Of a DNA stretch of 64,000 nucleotides, positions 27,496 to 36,600 are shown piece after piece. The notes below the pieces were generated by a model. That model saw only the letters and a list, made by a program, of their open reading frames with translations, did not search any database and had not been told where the DNA came from. Position 1 is the first letter of the stretch. Every line of letters starts with the position of its first letter. The DNA is from Patescibacteria group bacterium. GTDB taxonomy: Bacteria; Patescibacteriota; Patescibacteriia; Patescibacteriales; UBA12465. The position numbers were made by a program, and so were the translations under genes. Where the stretch lies: the NCBI GenBank assembly GCA_041649315.1, contig JBAZNJ010000003.1:38690-102689 (forward strand), in the 5' to 3' direction.

Positions 27496-28254
27496 TTATT
27501 TAATAAAGCCCCGGACTAATTCATCCAATTTTTCTTCGCTAAGCGCGCCGGTAATTTTATGGTAATCATTAATGAACCAAGTCGGCGTACCGGATAAATC
27601 CAGGTTTTCCGCGTCCTGGTAATCAAGATTGATCCGGTCAAGGTAGGTCTGGTAATCTAAACAGGTATTAAATTGCTGGACGCTTATGCCGCTTTCTTGC
27701 GCCAAGGATTCTAGAAGTTGGCCAAATTCCTCATTAGAGTCGGAAGAATTTATTGAATCTTGATTAGCGAATAAGAGGTCATGATACTCCCAGAATTTTC
27801 CTTGTTCGCCGGCGCACCGGGCGGCCAGCGCTAAAATAACCGAATCGGCGCTGATTAGCGGATAATCACGCCAAACTATTTTTACCTGATTCGGATATTT
27901 TTTTGCGACTTGGCGAAAGCCGGCCGCGCTTTGGGCGCAGAAAGAGCAACTAAAATCTCCGAATTCAATAATTGTTACTATTGGCTCGGCCGCGCCTAAA
28001 GAAAAATTTCCGGCATGCCCTCTGACCGCGGATAAATAATCTTGTTTTTGCTGTTCTAAAGAAAGCGCTTCCTGTTCACTTAGGATTTCTTTTATTTTTT
28101 CGTTCAAGTACAAACCGGAAATAACCAAAAGAATAAGAATAAAACTCATGATCACGATAATTAAGACGCCCCACCATTTCCGATACCAAGGCCGGAGGAC
28201 TTTTTTATGCCGAGCTTTCATCTCAGCGTATTTTAAGCGTTCATCTAAGCCCAT
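27496..28254 (-). CDS. Membrane-anchored DsbA-like thiol:disulfide oxidoreductase
   Basis: There is an N-terminal TM helix (WWGVLIIVIMSFILILLVISGLYL) and a thioredoxin-fold active site FGDFSCSFCAQ (CxxC). The C-terminal part is GTPTWFIN. It is on the same strand as, and directly upstream of, porG. Confidence 0.75.
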   Translation of the reverse strand: MGLDERLKYAEMKARHKKVLRPWYRKWWGVLIIVIMSFILILLVISGLYLNEKIKEILSEQEALSLEQQKQDYLSAVRGHAGNFSLGAAEPIVTIIEFGDFSCSFCAQSAAGFRQVAKKYPNQVKIVWRDYPLISADSVILALAARCAGEQGKFWEYHDLLFANQDSINSSDSNEEFGQLLESLAQESGISVQQFNTCLDYQTYLDRINLDYQDAENLDLSGTPTWFINDYHKITGALSEEKLDELVRGFIK

Positions 28255-28270
28255 ATTTTTAGGTTGAGAA

Positions 28271-28299
28271 TTGTAAATTAAGCGTAATTTCGCTATAAT
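28271..28299 (+). promoter_or_regulatory. Sigma-70-like promoter for xth
   Basis: TTGTAA (28271-28276), 17 nt, TATAAT (28294-28299), lying in the divergent gap between the dsbA-like gene and xth. Confidence 0.5.
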
Positions 28300-28365
28300 T
28301 TAAGTAAGTAATAATGATTTTTAGGTAATTTTATTATAGCATAATTTTCTTGAGCTATCTAATTT

Positions 28366-29196
28366 ATGAAAATAATTTCCTGGAATGTTAATGGAATTCG
28401 CGCTGTCGCTAAAAAAGGTTTTGGAGATTTTTTGCGGCGCGTGAAGCCGGATATTTTATGTTTGCAGGAAATAAAAATTTCGGTCGCCGCCATCGCCGAT
28501 ACGGAATTTGATTTTGCCGGCTATAAAGAATATTGGAATCCGGCTCTGCGTCCGGGTTATAGCGGGACGGCGATTTTAGTTAGAGAGGACGCTAAATTAT
28601 TCAAAGCGCTTAAAGAAGTCAATAATGGTTTTGATTCGAAAAAATCAGATTTGAAAAAAGTTAATAAAGATGAGCAGGGCCAAAGCGCGGAGTTAAATAA
28701 ATTTAATAATGAAGGCCGGGTCCAAACCGCGGAACTTGAAAAATTTTATCTTTTAAATGTTTATTTTCCGAATGCCAATGCCGAGCTCTCGCGCTTGCCG
28801 TATAAGCTAGAATTTAATATCGCCTTGTTTAAATATGTTAAACGACTGGAAAAGAAAAAGCCGGTGATTATCACCGGGGATTTTAATGTCGCGCATGAAG
28901 AAATTGATTTGGCCCGTCCGAAAGAGAATGAGGGAAGCGCCGGTTTTACGGCTGAAGAGCGGGATTGGCTGGATAAATTCTTGTCGGCCGGTTTCATTGA
29001 CACTTTCCGGGTCTTAAATGGCGACAAGATCCAATATTCTTGGTGGAGTTTCCGGGCGGCCGCCCGGGCGCGCAATGTTGGTTGGCGGATTGACTATTTC
29101 TGCGCCTCCGCTAAACTTAAGAGAATGATAAAAAAAGCTTATATTTTAGATAAAGTTATGGGCTCGGATCACGCGCCCGTGGGGATTGAATTATAA
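28366..29196 (+). CDS. xth: Exodeoxyribonuclease III (AP endonuclease)
   Basis: MKIISWNVNGIRA ... LCLQE ... GDFNVAHEEIDL ... SDHAPV. It contains a ~45-aa polar insertion with an internal AELNKF/AELEKF duplication. Confidence 0.9.
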   Translation: MKIISWNVNGIRAVAKKGFGDFLRRVKPDILCLQEIKISVAAIADTEFDFAGYKEYWNPALRPGYSGTAILVREDAKLFKALKEVNNGFDSKKSDLKKVNKDEQGQSAELNKFNNEGRVQTAELEKFYLLNVYFPNANAELSRLPYKLEFNIALFKYVKRLEKKKPVIITGDFNVAHEEIDLARPKENEGSAGFTAEERDWLDKFLSAGFIDTFRVLNGDKIQYSWWSFRAAARARNVGWRIDYFCASAKLKRMIKKAYILDKVMGSDHAPVGIEL

Positions 29197-29202
29197 AAAA
29201 CA

Positions 29203-29230
29203 ATCCGCTTTAGGGGCGGATGTTTCTCTT
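29203..29230 (+). terminator. Probable intrinsic terminator after xth
   Basis: ATCCGC (29203-29208), loop TTTAGGG, GCGGAT (29216-29221), then the T-rich GTTTCTCTT. Confidence 0.45.
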
Positions 29231-29262
29231 CAGAGATGAAGAAAAGTTAAAGTTTTAAATTT

Positions 29263-32016
29263 ATGTATAATCATCAGGAAATAGAAAAAAAATGGCAGAA
29301 AATCTGGACGGAATCCGGCCTGTATCGGACTGGCGAAGATCCTAAGAAGCCGAAATATTATATTTTGGACATGTTCCCATATCCCTCCGGCGCCGGTTTG
29401 CATGTCGGTCATCCGAAGGGCTATATCGCGACCGATATTTTAGCGCGCCGGCGGTTAATGCAGGGTTATAATGTTTTGCATCCGATGGGCTGGGACGCTT
29501 TTGGTTTGCCGGCGGAAAATTACGCGCTTAAAAACAAGGTTCATCCGCGAGAAGCGACTAAAAAAAACGTTGCGACCTTTAAAAGGCAGGTGAATATGCT
29601 CGGTTTAAGTTATGATTGGGAACGGGAAATAAATACGACCGATCCGGAATATTATAAATGGACGCAATGGATTTTTTTAAAGATGTGGGAGCAGGGTTTG
29701 GCTTATGAATCGCATGAGCCGATTAATTGGTGCCCGTCCTGCAAGACCGGTTTGGCTAATGAAGATTTGGAAAACGGGAAGTGTGAACGATGCGGCAGTG
29801 AGGTTGAGCAAAAGCCGCTGCGCCAATGGGTTTTAAAGATTACTAAATACGCCGATCGTTTGCTTGATGATTTGGAAAAACTGGACGGTTGGGAAGAATC
29901 GATTAAGGAGATGCAGAGGAATTGGATCGGACGGAGCGAAGGAGCGGAAATTGATTTCAAGATTCAGGCGAGCGGAGAAGATAAGACGGAAAATAAGGCA
30001 GAAGAAAGGAGCGAGAAAAAAAACAAGGCAACAGAAAAACCGGAAATCGTTAAAAGTAAGGATAAAATTATTAAAGTATTCACGACGCGCGTGGATACGA
30101 TTTTTGGCTGCACCTACGTTGTTTTGGCGCCGGAAAATAATTTAGTTGCCGCGCTTAAGCCGGCTATAAAAAATTGGCCGGCCGTGGAAAAATATATTGA
30201 AACGGCAAAAAATAAAACCGACTTGCAGCGCACGGATTTAAATAAAGAAAAGACCGGCGTGATTCTTGAGGGCGTAAAAGCGGTTAATCCTTTTAATAAT
30301 GAAGCTGTAGATGTTTTTATAGCCGATTATGTTTTAAATTCTTATGGCACCGGTGCCGTGATGGCTGTGCCGGCGCATGATGAGCGGGATTTTGAGTTTG
30401 CGCGGAAATATGGGTTGGAAATAAAGGCAGTGGTTATTCCTGATAGACCAGAATTTAGCCAATGGATTTTTAAGAAAAGCCAAGATAGCGGCGTGAGGTT
30501 AGAAATGAATAAAAAATTAGCGGAGAAAGGTGGTCATCCTGACAATCCCGAAGAAGAAAAATTTTGGCAAAACAAAATAGACATTGAAGAAAAAGAAGAG
30601 TGGGAAAATATAGCTGATAATAAAACTTGTTGGATTAAGGATGGTTTTTTGCGTGATTCAAAGGAATTTACCGGATTAACCTCATCGACCGCGCGTCAGC
30701 AAATGACCGCTTGGCTGGAGAAAAATAAATGCGGCGCAAAAAAAATAAATTATAAACTTAAAGATTGGGTTTTTTCCCGTCAGCGATATTGGGGCGAGCC
30801 GATTCCGCTTATTCATTGTGAGCAGTGCGGCGTCGTGGCCGTGCCGGAAAAAGATTTGCCGGTTCGTTTGCCGGAGGTTAAAAGTTATGAGCCGACCGGG
30901 ACCGGCGAATCGCCTTTGGCCGCGATTACCGATTGGGTTAATACGGCTTGCCCGAAATGCGGCGGCCCGGCTAAGCGAGAAACCAATACCATGCCGCAAT
31001 GGGGCGGCTCCTGTTGGTATTATTTGCGCTACATTGATCCGCGTAATGACCAGGCGCTGGTTGATAAGAAAAAAGAAAAATATTGGTCGCCGGTTGATTT
31101 TTATGTCGGCGGGGCCGAGCACGCGACGCGTCATTTAATTTACGCCCGTTTTTGGCATAAATTTTTATATGATATCGGCGCGGTGAGCCATGAAGAGCCC
31201 TTTACGAAATTAAAACATGTCGGGCTAATCATGGGCGAGGATAGCCGGAAGATGTCTAAGCGCTGGGGGAACGTAATTAATCCCGATGATATGGTTGAGC
31301 AGTTTGGTGCGGATGCTTTACGGCTTTATGAAATGTTTATGGGGCCTTTTGATCAGGCGACCGCCTGGAATACCAAGGGGCTTATCGGCGCGCGGAAGTT
31401 TTTGGAGAAAGTTATTGGTTTAGCGGAAGCGCTTAGTGAGCCGGATGGCGTGTTAGCAACTCAGAAAAGTGCGCCCGCCGAAGAAGCGGCGCCGGAAGAC
31501 GCATCGACCAAAGAAAAAATAAAGCCAGAATTACGGAAATTAGAAGCGCTTTTACATAAGACGATCAAGAAAGTGAGCGCGGATATTGAAAGCTTTGCTT
31601 TAAATACCGCGGTTTCGGCCTTGATGATTTTAGCGAATGAAATGGCGGAATATCGAAATAAAGCTGGGAATTTACCGATTGGCGCGGCTAAATTCGGTTT
31701 ATTTTTACAGATTTTATCACCGTTCGCGCCGCATTTGGCCGAAGAATTATGGGAGAAAATCGGGAACAAGGAAAGTATCTTTAAATCCGTTTGGCCGGAA
31801 TATGATTCGGAATTAATTAAGGATGAGATTGTTAATTTAGTTGTCCAGGTTAACGGTAAATTACGGGCGACTTTAGAAGTCGCGGCCGATATTAGCGAAG
31901 CGGACGCGTTAGCCGCGGGACGGGGAAATGATAATGTTAAAAAATGGCTAGAGGGTAAAGAAATAATCAAGACGATTTTTGTTCCGGGGAAATTATTGAA
32001 TATTGTGGTGAAATAA
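29263..32016 (+). CDS. leuS: Leucine--tRNA ligase
   Basis: The HIGH motif (GLHVGHPKGY), the KMSKS motif (KMSKRWGN), and an editing-domain block (TTRVDTIFGCTYVVLAPE) are present. Several Lys/Glu-rich insertions occur, e.g. ASGEDKTENKAEERSEKKNKATEKPE. Confidence 0.97.
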   Translation: MYNHQEIEKKWQKIWTESGLYRTGEDPKKPKYYILDMFPYPSGAGLHVGHPKGYIATDILARRRLMQGYNVLHPMGWDAFGLPAENYALKNKVHPREATKKNVATFKRQVNMLGLSYDWEREINTTDPEYYKWTQWIFLKMWEQGLAYESHEPINWCPSCKTGLANEDLENGKCERCGSEVEQKPLRQWVLKITKYADRLLDDLEKLDGWEESIKEMQRNWIGRSEGAEIDFKIQASGEDKTENKAEERSEKKNKATEKPEIVKSKDKIIKVFTTRVDTIFGCTYVVLAPENNLVAALKPAIKNWPAVEKYIETAKNKTDLQRTDLNKEKTGVILEGVKAVNPFNNEAVDVFIADYVLNSYGTGAVMAVPAHDERDFEFARKYGLEIKAVVIPDRPEFSQWIFKKSQDSGVRLEMNKKLAEKGGHPDNPEEEKFWQNKIDIEEKEEWENIADNKTCWIKDGFLRDSKEFTGLTSSTARQQMTAWLEKNKCGAKKINYKLKDWVFSRQRYWGEPIPLIHCEQCGVVAVPEKDLPVRLPEVKSYEPTGTGESPLAAITDWVNTACPKCGGPAKRETNTMPQWGGSCWYYLRYIDPRNDQALVDKKKEKYWSPVDFYVGGAEHATRHLIYARFWHKFLYDIGAVSHEEPFTKLKHVGLIMGEDSRKMSKRWGNVINPDDMVEQFGADALRLYEMFMGPFDQATAWNTKGLIGARKFLEKVIGLAEALSEPDGVLATQKSAPAEEAAPEDASTKEKIKPELRKLEALLHKTIKKVSADIESFALNTAVSALMILANEMAEYRNKAGNLPIGAAKFGLFLQILSPFAPHLAEELWEKIGNKESIFKSVWPEYDSELIKDEIVNLVVQVNGKLRATLEVAADISEADALAAGRGNDNVKKWLEGKEIIKTIFVPGKLLNIVVK

Positions 32017-32043
32017 TATTCAAAATAGCCATTTAATTAAAAT

Positions 32044-32889
32044 ATGTCTGATCTTTTAACTAAAACTCGCGACATCTGTCGCCTTTTAGAAATTAAACCC
32101 GCCCGCTCCAAAGGGCAGAATTTTTTAATTAACGAAAAAATTTATGAAGATATTATTGAAGCGGCGGATATCAAGAAAAGCGATACGGTTTTAGAAATCG
32201 GGCCCGGCTTAGGGTTTTTAACGACTAAATTAGCCGCTCAAGCGAAACGAGTAATTGCGGTTGAACTTGACGATAAACTGGCCGCTTATCTCCAGACCGG
32301 CGTGGCCGCCTCGGACCGGGAAAATATTAAAATTATTAATGAGGATATTTTAAAATTTAATCCGGCCGCGCATTTGGCCGCCGGAGAAAAATATCAGGTC
32401 GTTGCTAATCTTCCTTATAATATTACCTCCATATTCCTGCGTCAGTTTTTATCGGCCGTCCGGCCGCCGGAATCTTTGGTTTTAATGCTTCAAAAAGAAG
32501 TCGCCGAACGGATTGTCGCCGTGCCGCCGGATATGAGTTTGCTCGCGGTTTCCGTGCAGTATTATGGCGCGCCAAAGATAATTAGGGAAGTTAAGGCCGG
32601 TAATTTTTGGCCGGAACCGGCGGTAAGCAGTGCAATAATCAGGATAGATTTATCAGGCGAAGCGGGGAGGCGGGAAGAAGACAAGCGGTTTTTTCGTTTA
32701 GTCAAATTCGGTTTCAGCGCTAAGCGAAAGATGCTTAAAAATAACCTGGCCGCCGGCCTGAAAATCGCGCCAAAAATTATTGAAGAATATCTGGTTAAGC
32801 AGGGGCTTGACCCGAAAATCCGGGCCGAAGAATTGTCGCTTGACGATTGGAAAAAATTGTTTGCGGCTTTAGCGGCCTTTGTGATATAA
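32044..32889 (+). CDS. rsmA: 16S rRNA (adenine1518/1519-N6)-dimethyltransferase
   Basis: KSKGQNFLINE, the SAM motif VLEIGPGLGFLT, and NLPYNITS. Confidence 0.92.
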   Translation: MSDLLTKTRDICRLLEIKPARSKGQNFLINEKIYEDIIEAADIKKSDTVLEIGPGLGFLTTKLAAQAKRVIAVELDDKLAAYLQTGVAASDRENIKIINEDILKFNPAAHLAAGEKYQVVANLPYNITSIFLRQFLSAVRPPESLVLMLQKEVAERIVAVPPDMSLLAVSVQYYGAPKIIREVKAGNFWPEPAVSSAIIRIDLSGEAGRREEDKRFFRLVKFGFSAKRKMLKNNLAAGLKIAPKIIEEYLVKQGLDPKIRAEELSLDDWKKLFAALAAFVI

Positions 32890-32921
32890 TAAAATTATTA
32901 AAAGAAGCTATTAGGCCTATT

Positions 32922-32975
32922 GCCGAATGCCGTTTTTGTCTTAGGAGTCTGTCGCCGAATACCGGTTTTGTCTTA
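32922..32975 (+). promoter_or_regulatory. Two 22-nt imperfect direct repeats upstream of the surface-protein genes
   Basis: GCCGAATGCCGTTTTTGTCTTA (32922-32943) and GCCGAATACCGGTTTTGTCTTA (32954-32975). The period is 32 nt. They lie 34 nt before the ATG at 33009. Confidence 0.4.
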
Positions 32976-33008
32976 TTTCCCATAATAAAATCATTAGTTT
33001 AAGGTTTT

Positions 33009-33677
33009 ATGCCGCAGAATAATTTTTCCGATCAAGGTTTGAATAATTCCGGTTCCGGATCTAATCCGGAAAAATTACCCAAGGCGCAGAAAACCGCGGT
33101 TTGGTTTTTGTCGGTTTTAGCGCTCATGATTTTTGCCGGCTGGCTTTGGCAAATTCAGAACCATATCAATAGCCCTTTTGCTTATCCGGCTAATAAAGCC
33201 GCTTCGGAGTTAATTATTGAAAGCGATTATTTAATAGTTCTGCAGAATCGGGATACAGATAGCGACGGCTTATCCGATTATGATGAAATTTATGTTCATA
33301 AAACCTCGCCATACTTAGAAGATACAGATAGTGACGGTTTAAGTGATTATGAAGAAATTAAGGCCGGAACCGATCCGACTTGTCCGCAAGGGAAAAATTG
33401 TTTAGTGCCGGAAACGACCGGAGAATTAACGGGCGGAACGGTTTCCGGTTTGAACGCCGTTATAGTTGATCCTTTATTAGGAACAGCCGGAAGCGGCTTG
33501 TATGGAACAAATGAAGAAATTTTACAAAATGTTTTAGCCGGTAATATTGATGCCGCGACTTTACGTGCGTTATTGCTTCAGAGTGGCGCCGTGGCCGAAG
33601 ACCTGGATAAGATCAGCGACGAGGATTTGATGCGGAGTTATCAGGAAACCTTAGAGAGCCAAGAGCTAGCCGAGTAA
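33009..33677 (+). CDS. Membrane-anchored protein with thrombospondin-type-3-like Ca-binding repeats
   Basis: A TM helix (AVWFLSVLALMIFAGWLW) is followed by two DxDxDGxxDxxE repeats: DTDSDGLSDYDEIYVHKTSPY and DTDSDGLSDYEEIKAGTDP. Confidence 0.6.
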   Translation: MPQNNFSDQGLNNSGSGSNPEKLPKAQKTAVWFLSVLALMIFAGWLWQIQNHINSPFAYPANKAASELIIESDYLIVLQNRDTDSDGLSDYDEIYVHKTSPYLEDTDSDGLSDYEEIKAGTDPTCPQGKNCLVPETTGELTGGTVSGLNAVIVDPLLGTAGSGLYGTNEEILQNVLAGNIDAATLRALLLQSGAVAEDLDKISDEDLMRSYQETLESQELAE

Positions 33678-33697
33678 CAAAAAATTTTAATAATAAG

Positions 33698-36600
33698 ATG
33701 AAAAAATTTTTTTCCAAAAATAAGCCGAAGAAGAATAATGATAAAAAAGTCCTTATTGGTTTTCTTCTGGCTTTTTTTATTTTATTTTCGGCCATCGCGC
33801 CGCTTAAGCCGGTTCGGGCGCAGATTCCATTGCCAGTAATAGAGACAGCCTCTCTTCCAGTTACGGTTCAAACGGTTAAACAAAGCATTTGGCAAGTAGC
33901 GGCTAAAGTTTTAAAAAAAGCCGGTTCAATCGCCTTTCAGCGAACTTTAAGCACGGCGCTTAATAAGATTGCTTACGATGCCGCAACTTATATCGGATCC
34001 GGCGGTCCCGGACAAAAGCCCTTATATGTTAAAGAAGAGCTGGGCGATTATCTGACTAAAATTGGCGACGAAGCGGCCGGAACTTTTATTGAGAGTTTTG
34101 TTAATAATTTAAATAGAGAAGGCACGGACGATTGTAATGCTTCTTTAAATAGTTGCCAAGAAAATTGTAACCGAGAATATGAAGATTCTCAGGGGGATAT
34201 CGGGGCCGCTATGGAAAGGCAAGAGACCTGTTTAGACGCCTGTGAGGCGCAATCAACGTCTTGCGCCTCAAAAAACACTAGTTATTATGCGAAAGGCGGA
34301 AGCGCGATTACTACTAATGTTTGTCGGCCGTCATCAATAGAAGCGAAGATGAAAATCGCTTTAGGCCTCACGCAATATACTCGGCCGCAGGGTCCGAATT
34401 GTACGGCTTCGCAGATGATTGCTAATTGGGAAAACGATATCACGAAGAAGATTGAAGACCTTCGGGATCCTAATTTTATTAATAATATACCGGGATTTTT
34501 AGACCCGGTCTCTAATGATTTAGGAATTTATTTGATTGCTCGGACGGATTTGATGAATAAAGCAATTATTGACACGGAAACATCTAAAGCCGGTTTTATC
34601 GCTAAACAGGGCTGGCTTGATGTCCGTAATATCGCTGGTGATCAAGAAGGGGCGCCTAATCAGGCGGAGAGAGAATTAGAGCAAGCGGAAAATTTACAAA
34701 ACGCTCAGCTCGGTAAAGTTACCGGTGATATTCTTGTTGACGCCGCCAATGTTTTCTTAAATCAATTAGCGATTACCGCTTTTAGCGATATTACGAAGAA
34801 TATAAGTAATGCTTTATCAAGCCGGGGTAATATCCATTGGGATAACGAAGATTCTGCGGTTTCCGGTTCTATACTCGGCGACACGAGCGACCCGAACGTG
34901 ATGTATGGCGTCGGGAATGTTACGGAGATTACTAGCAAGCTGATCGAGCCGCAGTTTGATTCTCAGACCAATTATAATATCCTATCGGATCTATCCGTTT
35001 GTCCGGATAAGGATAACCCCGGGCCGAATAACTGCGTGATTGATTCTAAATTCATGCAGGCGATTTCGGAAAAAAAGACCGTGGCCGAGGCTTTGGAAGG
35101 CGGATTTTTGAATAGCGATTGGCAGGTGACGATAGACGCTAAAAAAGATAGTTATATATCAAGTTATTCATTGCGCAATATTTCAGTTTTGCGCAAATAT
35201 CGGATTTTGCCGGTCGGTTGGGAAACCGCGGCGAATAAAGCGAGCGAATTGGGCGTTAAAGCGACTTTAATTGATTTGCTTTCCTGTTTTGATCCTAATG
35301 ACGAATATCGGGAATATAGCGCGGAATTTAACCAGAGGGATCAGGATTGGTGCCGTGGCTTGATCGATCCGAATTGGGTCTTAAAAGCGCCGGCGAATTA
35401 TTGCGGGAAAGAAGGGATTGGTGCCCAGATTTTAAGCAAGACGGTTATTCCTGGCGCGGATTCCGGAGCTTACTCTACTTTAAGCGAGGTCAACTTAGTC
35501 CGGGCTGAGGATTATTGCGCGGATGAACAGACCTGTATAAAAGAAAAGAGCGATGGCAGCTGCGAGGCCTATGGCTATTGTAATGAAGAAAGGCGGGTTT
35601 GGAATTTCGGGACTGATTCTTGCGAGCCGGTTTATAATACCTGCCAGTCATTTACTAATACGGCGAACGGTAGTACGGCCGCTTATCTGAAGAATACTTT
35701 AGATTATGCCGCTTGCGATCCGGATAGTTCTGGTTGCCGGCAGTACTCTTTATCCGGCGCTTACAGCGTTTCAACGGGAACGATTTCTTGGAATTATTCG
35801 CCGACTCTTTATTTAAATAAGAATTTAAAAACCTGTTCGGCTAAAGACGAGGGTTGTACAGAATTTTTGCGCGTTAAGCCGACTTGGGGCGCGAATTTAA
35901 TAATGAATTCGGATTTGAACGCTTATGATATTGATAGTAATCCGCCGGAGAGTGATGGTTGGTATATTTCACATTCCACGGATCCTCTTCTTGTGATTGA
36001 CGCCACAGTTGAGCCGGGAGGTGCGACCGGGCGAGTTTTAAAAATAATGACCGAGGGCCCGGGTGGATTATTGTCTAATTCGGCCCATTCTCTTTTGCCG
36101 GCCAATTTTCAATTATTACCTGGTCAATCCTATACTTTAAGCGCCGATGTTTATTTGCTTGAGGGCGACAGCTTAACTTTATTTGCCGGCAGTTCGGCTA
36201 CCGAAGGATTTAGCGCGACCATGGCTGAGAAAAATGCCTGGCGGCATCTGAGCGTTACCCGAAGCGCCGGCGCCGGTTATAATGAAGGGAATTTCGGTCT
36301 TTATGTTAATTCCGATGAAAAGGCCTTTAATAAATTTTATGTTAAGAATCTTAAATTTGAAGCCGGAGATTGGGAAACCGCTTATCGCCCTTACGGCACC
36401 TTCAAGGTTTACGAGAAGCTCTTGCCGCCTTATTTAGAGAATGTTTGCTATCAGGATATTTCAAGCGCGACTAAGGATTATAATTTAAAGAGCGACGCGC
36501 CGGCTGTCTGTTCCAATTATGCCCGGAAGTGTAACAAGGAAGAGGTTGGATGCGAAACGTATTCCACGGATGGTTTTTCCGTTTCCGCCCAGGTTGAAAA

